The notes beneath the pieces are model-generated. The model had not been told where the DNA came from. It did not search any database and was given only the letters and a program-made list of their open reading frames with translations. A DNA stretch of 64,000 bases from an uncultured Gemmatimonadales bacterium (GTDB lineage Bacteria; Gemmatimonadota; Gemmatimonadetes; Longimicrobiales; Longimicrobiaceae). Below are positions 38,490-50,400 of the stretch, piece by piece. The stretch's first letter is position 1; the number at the start of each line of letters is the position of its first letter. Position numbers and translations under genes: made by a program. The stretch spans positions 288,001 through 352,000 of the forward strand of contig OY970303.1 of NCBI GenBank assembly GCA_963716255.1, read 5' to 3'.

Positions 38490-41400
38490 CTACTGCGGGG
38501 AATTCCTGCGCGCGACGCCGCGGCGCGCCTGTCTCGCGATGGGGCCGGCCTGGTCCGCGGAGGAGCCGGCGGCGAGCAGGCCGTCGACCCGCCGCGCCAG
38601 CGCCTCCACCGTCGGGTTGTCGAACAGGTCGGCGACCCGCAGCTCCACGCCGAAGGCGTGACGGACGCGGGAAACCACCTGGGTGGCGAGCATGGAGTGC
38701 CCGCCCAGGTCGAAGAACGAGTCGTGCACGCCCACCCGCCCGGCGCGCAGCACCTCCGCCCAGGCGGCGGCGAGCCGCTCTTCCGTGGGGGTGCGCGGCG
38801 CGACGTACGTGTCCTCGGCGGAGCCCGTCTCGGGCGCGGGAAGCGCGCGGCGGTCGGTCTTGCCGTGCGGGGTCAGCGGGAAGCCGTCCAGCAGCACGAA
38901 CGCCGCCGGCACCATGTGCTCCGGCAGCCGCTCCGCCAGGTGGGCGCGTAGCCCCTCCACCGTCGGCTCCCCGGCCGCCGCGTCCGCGACCACGTACGCC
39001 ACCAGGCGCCGCGCGCCCGGCTCGTCCTCGCGCGCCATCACCAGCGCCTCCCTCACACCCGCGTGCCCCAGCAGCGCCGCCTCCACCTCGCCCGGCTCGA
39101 TGCGGAAGCCGCGCACCTTGACCTGCTGGTCCGCGCGCCCCAGGTACTCCAGGCCGCCCCCGGCGCGCCGCCGCGCACGGTCCCCCGAGCGGTACATGCG
39201 CGCCCCGGGCTCCGCCGAGTACGGATCGGGGACGAAGCGCTCCGCCGTCAGCTCCGGACGGCCCAGGTAGCCCCGAGCCACGCCGCCGCCGCCCACGTAC
39301 ATCTCCCCCGGGACGCCCGGCGGAACCGGCTCCAGGCTCCGGTCCAGCAGGTGCACGCGAAGGTCCGGGATCCCCTCGCCGATCACGCTCCCCGGCGCCG
39401 ACTCCGCGTCCTCCGCCGTCACCGGGCGGTAGGTGACGTGCACGGTCGTCTCCGTGATCCCGTACATGTTCACCAGTCGCGGGCGCGCGTCGCCGTGCCG
39501 CTCCATCCACGGCTTCAGCGTGCGCGGCTCCAGCGCCTCCCCGCCGAACACCACCCAGCGCAGCGACAGCTCGTCCACCGACGCCGCTTCGTCCGCGCGG
39601 ACCAGCTGCCGGAAGGCGGAGGGCGTCTGGTTGAGCACTGTCACCCGCTCGGCGCCCAGCAGCGCGCGGAACGCCTCCGGGTCGCGGCTCGTCTCCCACG
39701 GCACCACCACCAGACGCCCGCCGTGCAGCAGCGCGCCCCACATCTCCCACACCGAGAAGTCGAAGGCGTACGAGTGGAAGAGCGTCCACACGTCCTCCGC
39801 ACCGAAGCCGAACCACTCCTGCGTCGCGTCGAAGAGCCGCAGCACGTTGGCGTGCGTGACGACCACGCCCTTGGGGCGCCCGGTGGAGCCCGAGGTGTAG
39901 ATGACGTACGCGGCCGAGTCGGGGTCGATGGCGGGGCCCCCACCCGGCTCGCTCAGGCTCGCCACCCTCCCCCGTTCCGGGGGAGGGGAACCTCCATGCT
40001 GACGAGCCTCGCCCTCCGGCGTGTCGTCGTCGTGCTCCCCCTTGCCCTTGGTGGGAGCGGGGGCCGGGGGGTGAGGGCTGTCCAGCGCGACGACCTCGAC
40101 CCCGGGCACCTCCGGCAGCACCGCGCGCGTGGCCTCCTGCGCCAGCACCAGCGACACGCCGGAGTCCTCCAGCAGGTAGCCGATGCGATCCGCGGGGTAC
40201 GCCGGGTCGATGGGGACGTAGGCGCCCCCCGCCTTCAGCACCCCCAGGATGGCCACGACCATCTCCGCGGAGCGCTCCAGGCACAGCCCCACCCGCACCT
40301 CCGGCCCGACGCCGCGGCGCCGCAGCTCGCGGCCGAGTCCGGCGGCGCGGCGCTCCACCTCACGGTACGTCAGCGACTCCGCCCCGAGCGTCACCGCAAC
40401 GGCCTCCGGCGCCCGCGAGGCTGCGGCGGCGAAGCGCCCGTGCAGCGTGTCGCGCACCGCGAACGAGCGGGTCCCGCCCGCGGCCGCGACCAGCTCCGCG
40501 CGCTCCGCCTCGCCCAGCAGGCGCAGCTCCGAGACGGGGCGCGCCGGCTCCGCCGCGGCGGCCGACAGCAGGGCGACGAGGTGCCCGCTCATCCGCTCGA
40601 TGGTCGCCGCGTCGAACAGGTCCGTGCTGTACTGCACGCCGCCCAGGAGCCCGTCCGGATGCTCCAGCATGGTCAGCGTCAGGTCGAACTTTTCCGAGCG
40701 GAACTCGAACTCCAGCGGCTCCACCGCCACCCCGCCCAGGTCCAGCCCCCCGGGGGGGACGTTCTGGAAGACGAACATCACCTGGAACAGCGGCGTCCGG
40801 CTCAAGGACCGCTCCGGCTGCAGCTCCTCCACCAGCCGCTCGAAGGGAAGGTCCTGGTGCTGGTAGGCCCCCAGCGTCGTCTCCCGCACGCGCGCCACCA
40901 GGTCCCGGAACGTCGGGTCGTCCCACAGCTCCGTGCGCAGCGCAAGCGTGTTCACGAAGAACCCGATCAGCCGCTCCGTCTCCTCGCGGTTGCGACCGGC
41001 GATCGGCGTCCCCACCACCACGTCGTCCTGCCCCGAGTAGCGGGCCAGGAGCAGCTGGAACGCCGCCAGCAGCACCATGAACGGCGTCGCCCCCTCCCGC
41101 CGCCCCAGCGCGCGCAGCGAGCTCGCCGCAGCCTCCGGCACCGAGAAGACGTGCGAGGCGCCGTGGAAGCGCTGCACCGCGGGGCGCGGCCGGTCCGTGG
41201 GTAGCTCCAGCACCGCGGGGGCGCCGCGCAGACGATCGCGCCACCACCCCAGCTGCCGCTCCAGCACCTCCCCCGTGAGCCACGCCCGCTGCCACACCGC
41301 GAAGTCCGCGTACTGCACCGGCAGCGGCGCCAGCACCGGCTCCCGCCCGGCCAGGCGGGCGCGGTACGCCTCGCCCAGCTCGCCGAAGAAGATCCCCATG

Positions 41401-44400
41401 CTCCACGCGTCGCTGACCACGTGGTGCATCACCAGCACCAGCACGTGCTCGTCCTCGCCCGCGCGGAGAAGCCGGGCGCGAAGCAGCGGCCCCCGCGCCA
41501 GGTCGAAGGCGTGCCGCACCTCCTCGTCCACCACGCCCCGCACCGCAGCCTCGCGCGCTTCCTCCGGGAGGTCGCTCAGGTCCTCGACGGGGAGGGCCAG
41601 GGGCTCCGGTGGGAGCACCACCTGGGCGGCGCGCCCGCCGCGCTCCGGGAAGACGGTGCGCAGCGCCTCGTGCCGGCGCACGATCTCGCCCAGGGCCCAC
41701 TCCAGCGCCGCCGCGTCCAGCGGGCCGCGCAGCCGCACCGCGCCGGGGATGTTGTAGAAGGGGCTCCCGGGCTCCAGCTGGTCCAGGAACCAGAGCCGCT
41801 CCTGCGCGAACGACAGCGGCAGCTCGCCGCCGCGCGGCGCGGGGAGGATGGGCGGGACGGGGATCGCGTCCGGGAGCGCCGCCTCCACGCGGCGGGCGAG
41901 CGCGGCCACGGTGGGCGCCTCGAAGAGCACGCGCAGCGGCAGGTCCACGTGCAGCGCGGCGCGCAGGCGCGACATCGCCTGCGTGGCCAGCAGAGAGTGG
42001 CCGCCCAGGTCGAAGAACGAGTCGTCCACGCCCACCCGCTCCACGCGAAGCACGTCCGCCCAGGCGATGGCGATCCGCTCCTCGGTGGCGGTGCGCGGCG
42101 CGACGTACGTGTCCTCGCCCGAGGCGGGAGCGGGCGCCGGGAGCGCCCGGCGGTCGGTCTTGCCGCTGGGAGTGCGCGGGAGCGCGTCCAGCTCCACGAA
42201 GGCCGAGGGGACCATGGGCTCCGGGAGCCGCTCGCGCAGCCAGCCGCGCAGCGCGGCGGCGCCGGGCACCGGCCCGTCCTCCGCCGGGACGACCCAGGCC
42301 ACCAGCCGCCCCCCCGCCCCGTCGGCGAGGATCATCGCGGCGGCGTCCGCGACCGCCGGGTGCTCGCGCAGCACGGCCTCCACCTCACCGAGCTCCACGC
42401 GGACGCCGCGGACCTTGACCTGGGTATCCACACGGCCCAGGTACTCCAGCTCCCCGGCGGGATTCCAGCGCGCCCGGTCCAGCGTCCGGTACATCCGCCC
42501 GCCCGGCGCCGCGGCGAAGGGATCGGGGCGGAAGAGCGCGGCCGTCAGCTCGGGGCGCGCGTGGTAGCCGCGCGCCAGGCCGGCGCCGGCCAGGTACAGC
42601 TCGCCCGCCGCGCCCACGGGGACCGGGCGCAGCTCCGCGTCCAGCACGTACGCCCGCGTCCCGGCCACCGGCCGCCCGATGGTGACGCGCTCCGCCCCGG
42701 GCTCCACGGTCGTCCAGGTGGAGTAGGCTGTGTCCTCGGTGGGCCCGTACAGGTTCCTCACGCGCTCCACGTGCCCCAGCGCGTACAGCCCGCGCGCCAG
42801 GTCCGCCGGCAGGGGCTCGCCGGCCAGGTTGAAGGCGCGCACCTTCCGCGGGATCCCGCCCGAGCGAAGCAGCTCCGCGGCGGCGGTGGGGACCATGGTC
42901 GCCAGCCGCACGCCGTCCGCGTCGGAGAGCGAGGCCAGCTCCAGCGCGTTCTCCACCAGCACCAGCCGCCCGCCCCAGCACAGCGTCCCGAAGATCTCCG
43001 CCACCGACACGTCGAACGACACGGAGGTGGATGCCAGCACTCCCGCGCGCTCCTCGTCGGTGACCGTGTCGCGCATCCAGTGCACGAACACGGCGGCGGC
43101 CCGGTGCGGGATGGCGACGCCCTTGGGGCGGCCGGTGGAGCCGGAGGTGTAGATGAGGTACGCGGGGTTGTCGGGATGGACGTCGTGCTCCCCCTCCCTC
43201 CCTGCGGGGGAGGGGGCCGGGGGAAGGGGGGTGCCGTCGAGCGCGACGATCTCCCCCGCGAAATCCCCGAACAGCCCGGCAAGGCTCTCCTGCGTCAGCA
43301 GCACGCGCGCGCCGGAGTCGGCGAGCATGTAGGCCAGGCGGTCGGCGGGGTAGGCGGGGTCCAGGGGGAGGTAGGCGCCGCCGGCACGGAGGACGCCGAG
43401 CAGCGCGGCCACCAGCTCCGGCGTGCGCGCAAGGCAGACGCCGACCACGGACTCCGGACCGACCCCCAGCGCGCGCAGGCGGAGGGCGAGCGAGTCCGCG
43501 CGCGCACCCAGCTCCGCGTAGGTGAGCGTGCGGCCGTGGAAGGAGACCGCGGGGGCGCCGGGGGTCCGCGCGGCGGCGGCGGCGAACAGGTCGTGCAGGA
43601 GCGCGTCGGCCGGGTAGGCGCGGGCGGTGTCGCTCCACTCCGCCAGCACCCGCCGGCGCTCCTCCGGCGGGAGCAGGTCCAGGGTGTCGTGGCGCGCCTC
43701 CGGGTCGGCGGCCATGCGCTCCAGCACGGCGAGGTGGGCGGCGAGGAGCCGCTCCGCCTGGGCGTCGGAAAAGCGCGTGGCGTCGTACTCCACGGCGAGC
43801 TGAAGCTCGTGCCTGGAGGAGCCCTGGGAAAAGGTGACGCCCAGCGGGAAGTTGGTGGTGCCCGTGGCGCGCGCGTTGACGAAGCGCCCGCCCTCCGCCG
43901 CCGCCACGCTGTCCATCACGTGGAAGTGGACGAAGTTGAAGAGCACTTCGAAGGGCGGCTCGCCGCCGTTCATGCGCTTCAGCTCCGCCACCGGGAAGCG
44001 GCGGAAGGGGAGCGTGCGGCGCTCGGCGTCGAAGGCGGCACGCACGAGGTCCAGCCAGCTGCCGCGGCCCGGACGCAACCGCAGCGGCAGCGTGTTGAGG
44101 AAGAGGCCCAGCACCCGCTCGCCGCCGCCGCCCTCGGGGCGGCCGTTGGAGACGATGCCCACGGTCACGTCGTCCGCGCCCGCGGCGGCGCCGAGCGCCC
44201 GCAGGTGCGCGGCGAGCAGGACGCTCTTGAACGTGGCCCCCGCCCGCCGGGCCACCCGCCCCAGGGCGTCCACCAGCTCCGGCAGCAGCTCCACGAGCTG
44301 CGCCCGCGCGCCCGCTTCGCCCGCGGGGGCGAGCGAGGGCGGCACGGTGGGCTCGGCGTCCTCCAGCACGCCCGCCCAGAACTCCCGCGCCTCGGGCGAC

Positions 44401-47400
44401 GCGAGCGCTTCGCGCTCCAGCGCCACGAAGTCGCGGAAGGTGGACGCGGGCGCGGCGGCCTCGCCGTCCCCGTCTCCCGCGGCGAAGTACAGGCCGAACA
44501 GCTCCGCCAGCAGCGCGGCGACGCTCCAGCCGTCCAGGATGGAGTGGTGCTCGGTGAAGCCGAGCTGGAAGGCGTCGGGCCCGCGCACGTGGGCGTGGAA
44601 GCGGATCAGCGGGGACACGCGCCAGTCGAAGGCGCGGAAGGTTTCCGTCTCCACCCACGCGTCCACGGCCGCGTCCTGCGCCTCCGGCGGCAGACCGGAC
44701 ACGTCCGCGGTCTCCAGCGCGACCTCCGGCTCGCGGTGGACGAGCTGCATGGGCTCCGAGAATCCCGCCAGGTCGAACGAGGTCCGCAGGATGGCGTGCC
44801 GCCCCGCCAGCGTCGTCAGCACGCCCCGCAGCCGCGCCTCGTCGAACGCGCCGCGCAGGTGGAAGGTGTTGACGTTCTGGTAGACGGCGCGGTCCGGGTT
44901 CTGCTCGGTGTGGAAGATCATCCCGAGCTGGAGGCGCGTCATGGGATAGGCGTCCTCCACGCCCTCCGGGACGCGCGCCCGGTCCTCCGGCGCGAGGAGC
45001 GAGAACGGCTCGGCGCGCGCGGCGGCCTCGCGGCGCTCGGCACGGACGTGCGGCGCCAGCTCGGCGACGGTCTGGTAGCGGAAGACGTCCTGGAGCCCGA
45101 AGCCGATCCCCCGCTCGCGCGCCTTCGCCAGCACCTGGAGGCTGCGGATGGAGTCGCCGCCCAGCGCGAAGTAGTTGTCGTGCACGCCCACGCGGTCCAC
45201 GCCCAGCGTTTCCGCCCACACCTCCGCCAGCGCTGCCTCCACCGCGTCGCGCGGGGGCGCGTAGACCGCGCCCAGCTCCGGGCGCGCCCCGTCCGGCGGC
45301 GGCAGCGCACGGCGGTCGGTCTTGCCGTGCGGGGTCAGCGGGAAGCCGTCCAGCAGCACGAACGCCGCCGGCACCATGTGCTCCGGCAGCCGCTCCGCCA
45401 GGTGGGCGCGCAGCCCCTCCACCGTCGGCTCCCCGGCCGCCGCGTCCGCGACCACGTACGCCACCAGGCGCCGCGCGCCCGGCTCGTCCTCGCGCGCCAT
45501 CACCAGCGCCTCCCTCACACCCGCGTGCCCCAGCAGCGCCGCCTCCACCTCGCCCGGCTCGATGCGGAAGCCGCGCACCTTGACCTGCTGGTCCGCGCGG
45601 CCCAGGTACTCCAGGCCGCCCCCGGCGCGACGCCGCGCACGGTCCCCCGAGCGGTACATGCGCGCCCCGGGCTCCGCCGAGTACGGATCGGGGACGAAGC
45701 GCTCCGCCGTCAGCTCCGGACGGCCCAGGTAGCCCCGAGCCACGCCGCCGCCGCCCACGTACATCTCCCCCGGGACGCCCGGCGGAACCGGCTCCAGGCC
45801 CCGGTCCAGCAGGTGCACGCGAAGGTCCGGGATCCCCTCGCCGATCACGCTCCCCGGCGCCGACTCCGCGTCCTCCGCCGTCACCGGCCGGTAGGTGACG
45901 TGCACGGTCGTCTCCGTGATCCCGTACATGTTCACCAGCCGCGGCCGCGCGTCACCGTGCCGCTCCATCCACGGCTTCAGCGTGCGCGGCTCCAGCGCCT
46001 CCCCGCCGAACACCACCCAGCGCAGCGACAGCGCCGCGTCCGCGGGCGCGGTCTCGTCCGCGCGGACCAGCTGCCGGAAGGCGGAGGGCGTCTGGTTGAG
46101 CACCGTCACCCGCTCGGCGCCCAGCAGCGCGCGGAACGCCTCCGGGTCGCGGCTCGTCTCCCACGGCACCACCACCAGGCGCCCGCCGTGCAGCAGCGCG
46201 CCCCACATCTCCCACACCGAGAAGTCGAAGGCGTACGAGTGGAAGAGCGTCCACACGTCCTCCGCACCGAAGCCGAACCACTCCTGCGTCGCGTCGAAGA
46301 GCCGCAGCACGTTGGCGTGCGTGACGACCACGCCCTTGGGACGCCCCGTGGAGCCCGAGGTGTAGATGACGTACGCGGCGGCGGCGGGATCGATGGCAGG
46401 GCCCCCACCCGGCTCGCTCAGGCTCGCCACCCTCCCCCGTTCCGGGGGAGGGGAATCTCCATGCTGACGAGCCTCGCCCTCCGGCGTGTCGTCTTCGTGC
46501 TCCCCCTTGCCCCTTGTGGGAGCGGGGGCCGGGGGGTGAGGGCTGTCCAGCGCGACGACCTCGACCCCGGGCACCTCCGGCAGCACCGCGCGCGTGGCCT
46601 CCTGCGCCAGCACCAGCGACACGCCGGAGTCCTCCAGCAGGTAGGCGATGCGATCCGCGGGGTAGGCCGGGTCGATGGGGACGTAGGCGCCCCCCGCCTT
46701 CAGCACCCCCAGGATGGCCACGACCATCTCCGCCGAGCGCTCCAGGCACAGCCCGACCCGCACCTCCGGCCCGACCCCGCGGCGCCACAGCTCGCGGCCG
46801 AGCCGGGCGGCGCGGCGCTCCACCTCGCGGTACGTCAGCGACTCCGCCCCGAGCGTCACCGCAACGGCCTCCGGCGCCCGCACCGCGGCGGCGGCGAAGC
46901 GCCCGTGCAGCGTCTCGCGCACCGGGAACGACCGCGTGCCGCCCGCGGCCGCGACCAGCTCCGAGCGCTCCGCCTCGCCCAGCAGGCGCAGCTCCGAGAC
47001 CGGGCGCGCCGGCTCCTCCGCGGCGGCGCCGAGCAGCGCGACGAGGTGCCCGCTCATCCGCTCGATGGTCGCCGCGTCGAACAGGTCCGTGCTGTACTGC
47101 ACGCCCCCCAGGAGCCCGTCCGGGTGCTCCAGCATCGTCAGCGTCAGGTCGAACTTCTCCGAGCGGAACTCGAACTCCAGCGGCTCCACCGCCACCCCGC
47201 CCAGGTCCAGCCCCCCGGGGGGGACGTTCTGGAAGACGAACATCACCTGGAACAGCGGCGTCCGGCTCAAGGACCGCTCCGGCTGCAGCTCCTCCACCAG
47301 CCGCTCGAAGGGAAGGTCCTGGTGCTGGTAGGCCCCCAGCGTCGTCTCCCGCACGCGCGCCACCAGGTCCCGGAACGTCGGGTCGTCCCACAGCTCCGTG

Positions 47401-50400
47401 CGCAGCGCAAGCGTGTTCACGAAGAACCCGATCAGCCGCTCCGTCTCCTCGCGGTTGCGACCGGCGATCGGCGTCCCCACCACCACGTCGTCCTGCCCCG
47501 AGTAGCGGGCCAGGAGCAGCTGGAACGCCGCCAGCAGCACCATGAACGGCGTCGCCCCCTCCCGACGCCCCAGCGCGCGCAGCGAGCTCGCCGCAGCCTC
47601 CGGCACCGAGAAGACGTGCGAGGCGCCGTGGAAGCGCTGCACCGCGGGGCGCGGCCGGTCCGTGGGCAGCTCCAGCACCGCGGGGGCGCCGCGCAGACGA
47701 TCGCGCCACCACCCCAGCTGCCGCTCCAGGGTCTCCCCCGTCAGCCACGCCCGCTGCCACACCGCGAAGTCCGCGTACTGCACCGGCAGCGGCGCCAGCA
47801 CCGGCTCCCGCCCGGCCAGGCGGGCGCGGTACGCCTCGCCCAGCTCGCCGAAGAAGATCCCCATGCTCCACGCATCGCTGACCACGTGGTGCATCACCAG
47901 CACCAGCACGTGCTCGTCCTCGGCCGCGCGCAGGAGACGGGCGCGAAGCAGCGGCCCCCGCGCCAGATCGAAGGCGTGCCGCACCTCCTCGTCCACCACG
48001 CCCCGCACCGCAGCCTCGCGCGCTTCCTCAGGGAGGTCGCGCAGGTCCTCGACGGGGAGGGCGAAGGGCGCCGGCGGGAGCACCACCTGGGCGGCGCGCC
48101 CGCCGCGCTCCGGGAAGACGGTGCGCAGCGCCTCGTGCCGGCGCACGATCTCGCCCAGGGCCCACTTCAGCGCCGCGGCGTCCAGCGGGCCGCGCAGCCG
48201 CACCGCGCCGGGGATGTTGTAGAAGGGGCTCCCGGGCTCCAGGTGGTCCAGGAACCAGAGCCGCTCCTGCGCGAACGACAGCGGCAGCTCGCCGCCGCGC
48301 GGCGCGGGGAGGATGGGCGGGACGGCGACGGCGTCCGGGAGCGCCGCCTCCACGCGGCGGGCGAGCGCGGCCACGGTGGGCGCCTCGAAGAGCACGCGCA
48401 GCGGCAGGTCCACGTGCAGCGCGGCGCGCAGGCGCGACATCGCCTGCGTGGCCAGCAGCGAGTGGCCGCCCAGGTCGAAGAAGCCCTCGTGGATGCCGAC
48501 GCGATCGCGCTTCAGTACCTCCGCGAAGATCCCGGCGACGATCTCCTCCACCGGGGTGCGCGGCGCCTCGCCCGCGTCGACCGCGGCCCCGTCCGGCGCG
48601 GGGAGGGCGCGGCGGTCCAGCTTGCCACTGGCGGTGAGCGGGAGCGTGTCCAGCGCGACGAACGCCGCGGGGACCATGTACGCCGGGAGCGACGCGCCCA
48701 GGAAGCGGCGCAGCTCCGCCGCGTCGGGGGCCTGCGCGCCGTCGGCCGGGGCCACGTAGGCGACCAGGCGGACGGCGCCCGGCTCGTCCTCGCGCGCGAC
48801 CACGGCGCACTCGCGCAGCGCCGGGTGGCGCGCCAGCTCGGCCTCCACCTCGCCGGGCTCGATGCGGAAGCCACGCACCTTGACCTGCGCGTCCGTGCGC
48901 CCCAGGAACTCCAGCCGCCCGTCCGGCCGCCGGCGCACCCGGTCGCCGGTGCGGTACAGCCGCGCCCCACCCTCCCCCGAGAGCGCGTCCGGGACGAACT
49001 TCTCGGCCGTCAGCTCCGGGCGGCCCAGGTATCCCCGCGCCACGCCCGCTCCGCCGAGGAGCAGCTCGCCCGCCACGCCCACGGGCACCGGGCGCAGGTG
49101 CGCGTCCAGCACGTACGCCCGCGCGTTGGACACCGGCCGCCCGATGGGGACCGGCGAGAGCGGCATCTCCGGGATCGCGGCGCGCACGGGGTCCGCGGGC
49201 TCCGGCTCCGCCACGTCCGCCAGCGTGGCGACGATCGTGGCCTCCGTGGGCCCGTAGGTGTTCACCAGCCGCACGCGCGTCCCGAAGCGTGCGCGCCACG
49301 CTTCCAGCCGCTCCGGCAGCGCGCGCTCCCCGCCGATGACCACCAGCCGCAGCGCGTCCGGGAGCGCCGGCAGCTCCCCCGCGGGCGCGGCGGCGAGCTC
49401 GTGCCAGTACGCCGTGGGGAGCGAGGCCACGGTGATCCCCCACTCCGTGCACGCCGCCGCGAAGGCGGCCGGCGAGTCGATCATCTCCGGGGTGCGCAGC
49501 ACCAGCGCCGCGCCCGCGGCGAGCGCCGGGAAGATCTCCTCGGCGCTGGCGTCGAACACCAGCGACGCGAACTGGAGCACCCGGTCCTCCGCTCCGATGC
49601 CGTACTCGGCGCGCGCGTGCTCCGTGTAGTTGGCGAGCGCGCGGTGCGGGACCACGACGCCCTTGGGGCGGCCGGTGGAGCCCGAGGTGTAGATGACGTA
49701 CGCGGCGCTCTCGGGGTGGACGGCAGGGCCCCCACCCGGCTCGCCCAGGCTCGCCACCCTCCCCCGTTCCGGGGGAGGGGAATCTCCATGCTGACGATCC
49801 TCGCCCTCCGACGCGTCGTCGTCGTGCTCCCCCTCTCGCCTCGTGGGAGAGGGGGCCGGGGAGTGAGGGGTGTCCGCCACCCCGTCCGCGGAGATCAGCA
49901 GCGCGGCGCCGGAGTCCTCCAGCACGTACGCCACGCGCTCGGCGGGGTAGCCGGGATCCAGGGGGACGTAGGCGGCGCCCGCCTTCAGCACGGCGAGCAC
50001 GGCCACGACCATTTCCGGCGAGCGCTCCAGCAGGATCGCCACGCGGGTCTCCGGGCCGGCGCCGCGCTCCCGCAGCGTCCGCGCGAGGACGTCGGCACGG
50101 CGGTCCAGCTCGGCGTACGACAGCGTTGCGCCGCGGAAAGCCACGGCGGGCGCGGCGGGCTCCAGGCGCGCGCGCTCCGCCACGTGCTCGTGCACGGGGC
50201 GCGGGTCCAGGGCGCGCTCCGTCCGGTTCCACTCCACCAGCAGCTGCGCGCGCTCGGCGGGGGTGAGGACGGGGAGGTCGGAGAGGCGGAGGTCGGGGTC
50301 GGCGACCGCGGCCTCGGCGAGCACCTGGAACTGCGCGCCCATGCGGCGCAGGGTCGCGGCGTCGAACAGGTCGGGGTTGTAGCGGAAGACGGCGTGGATC

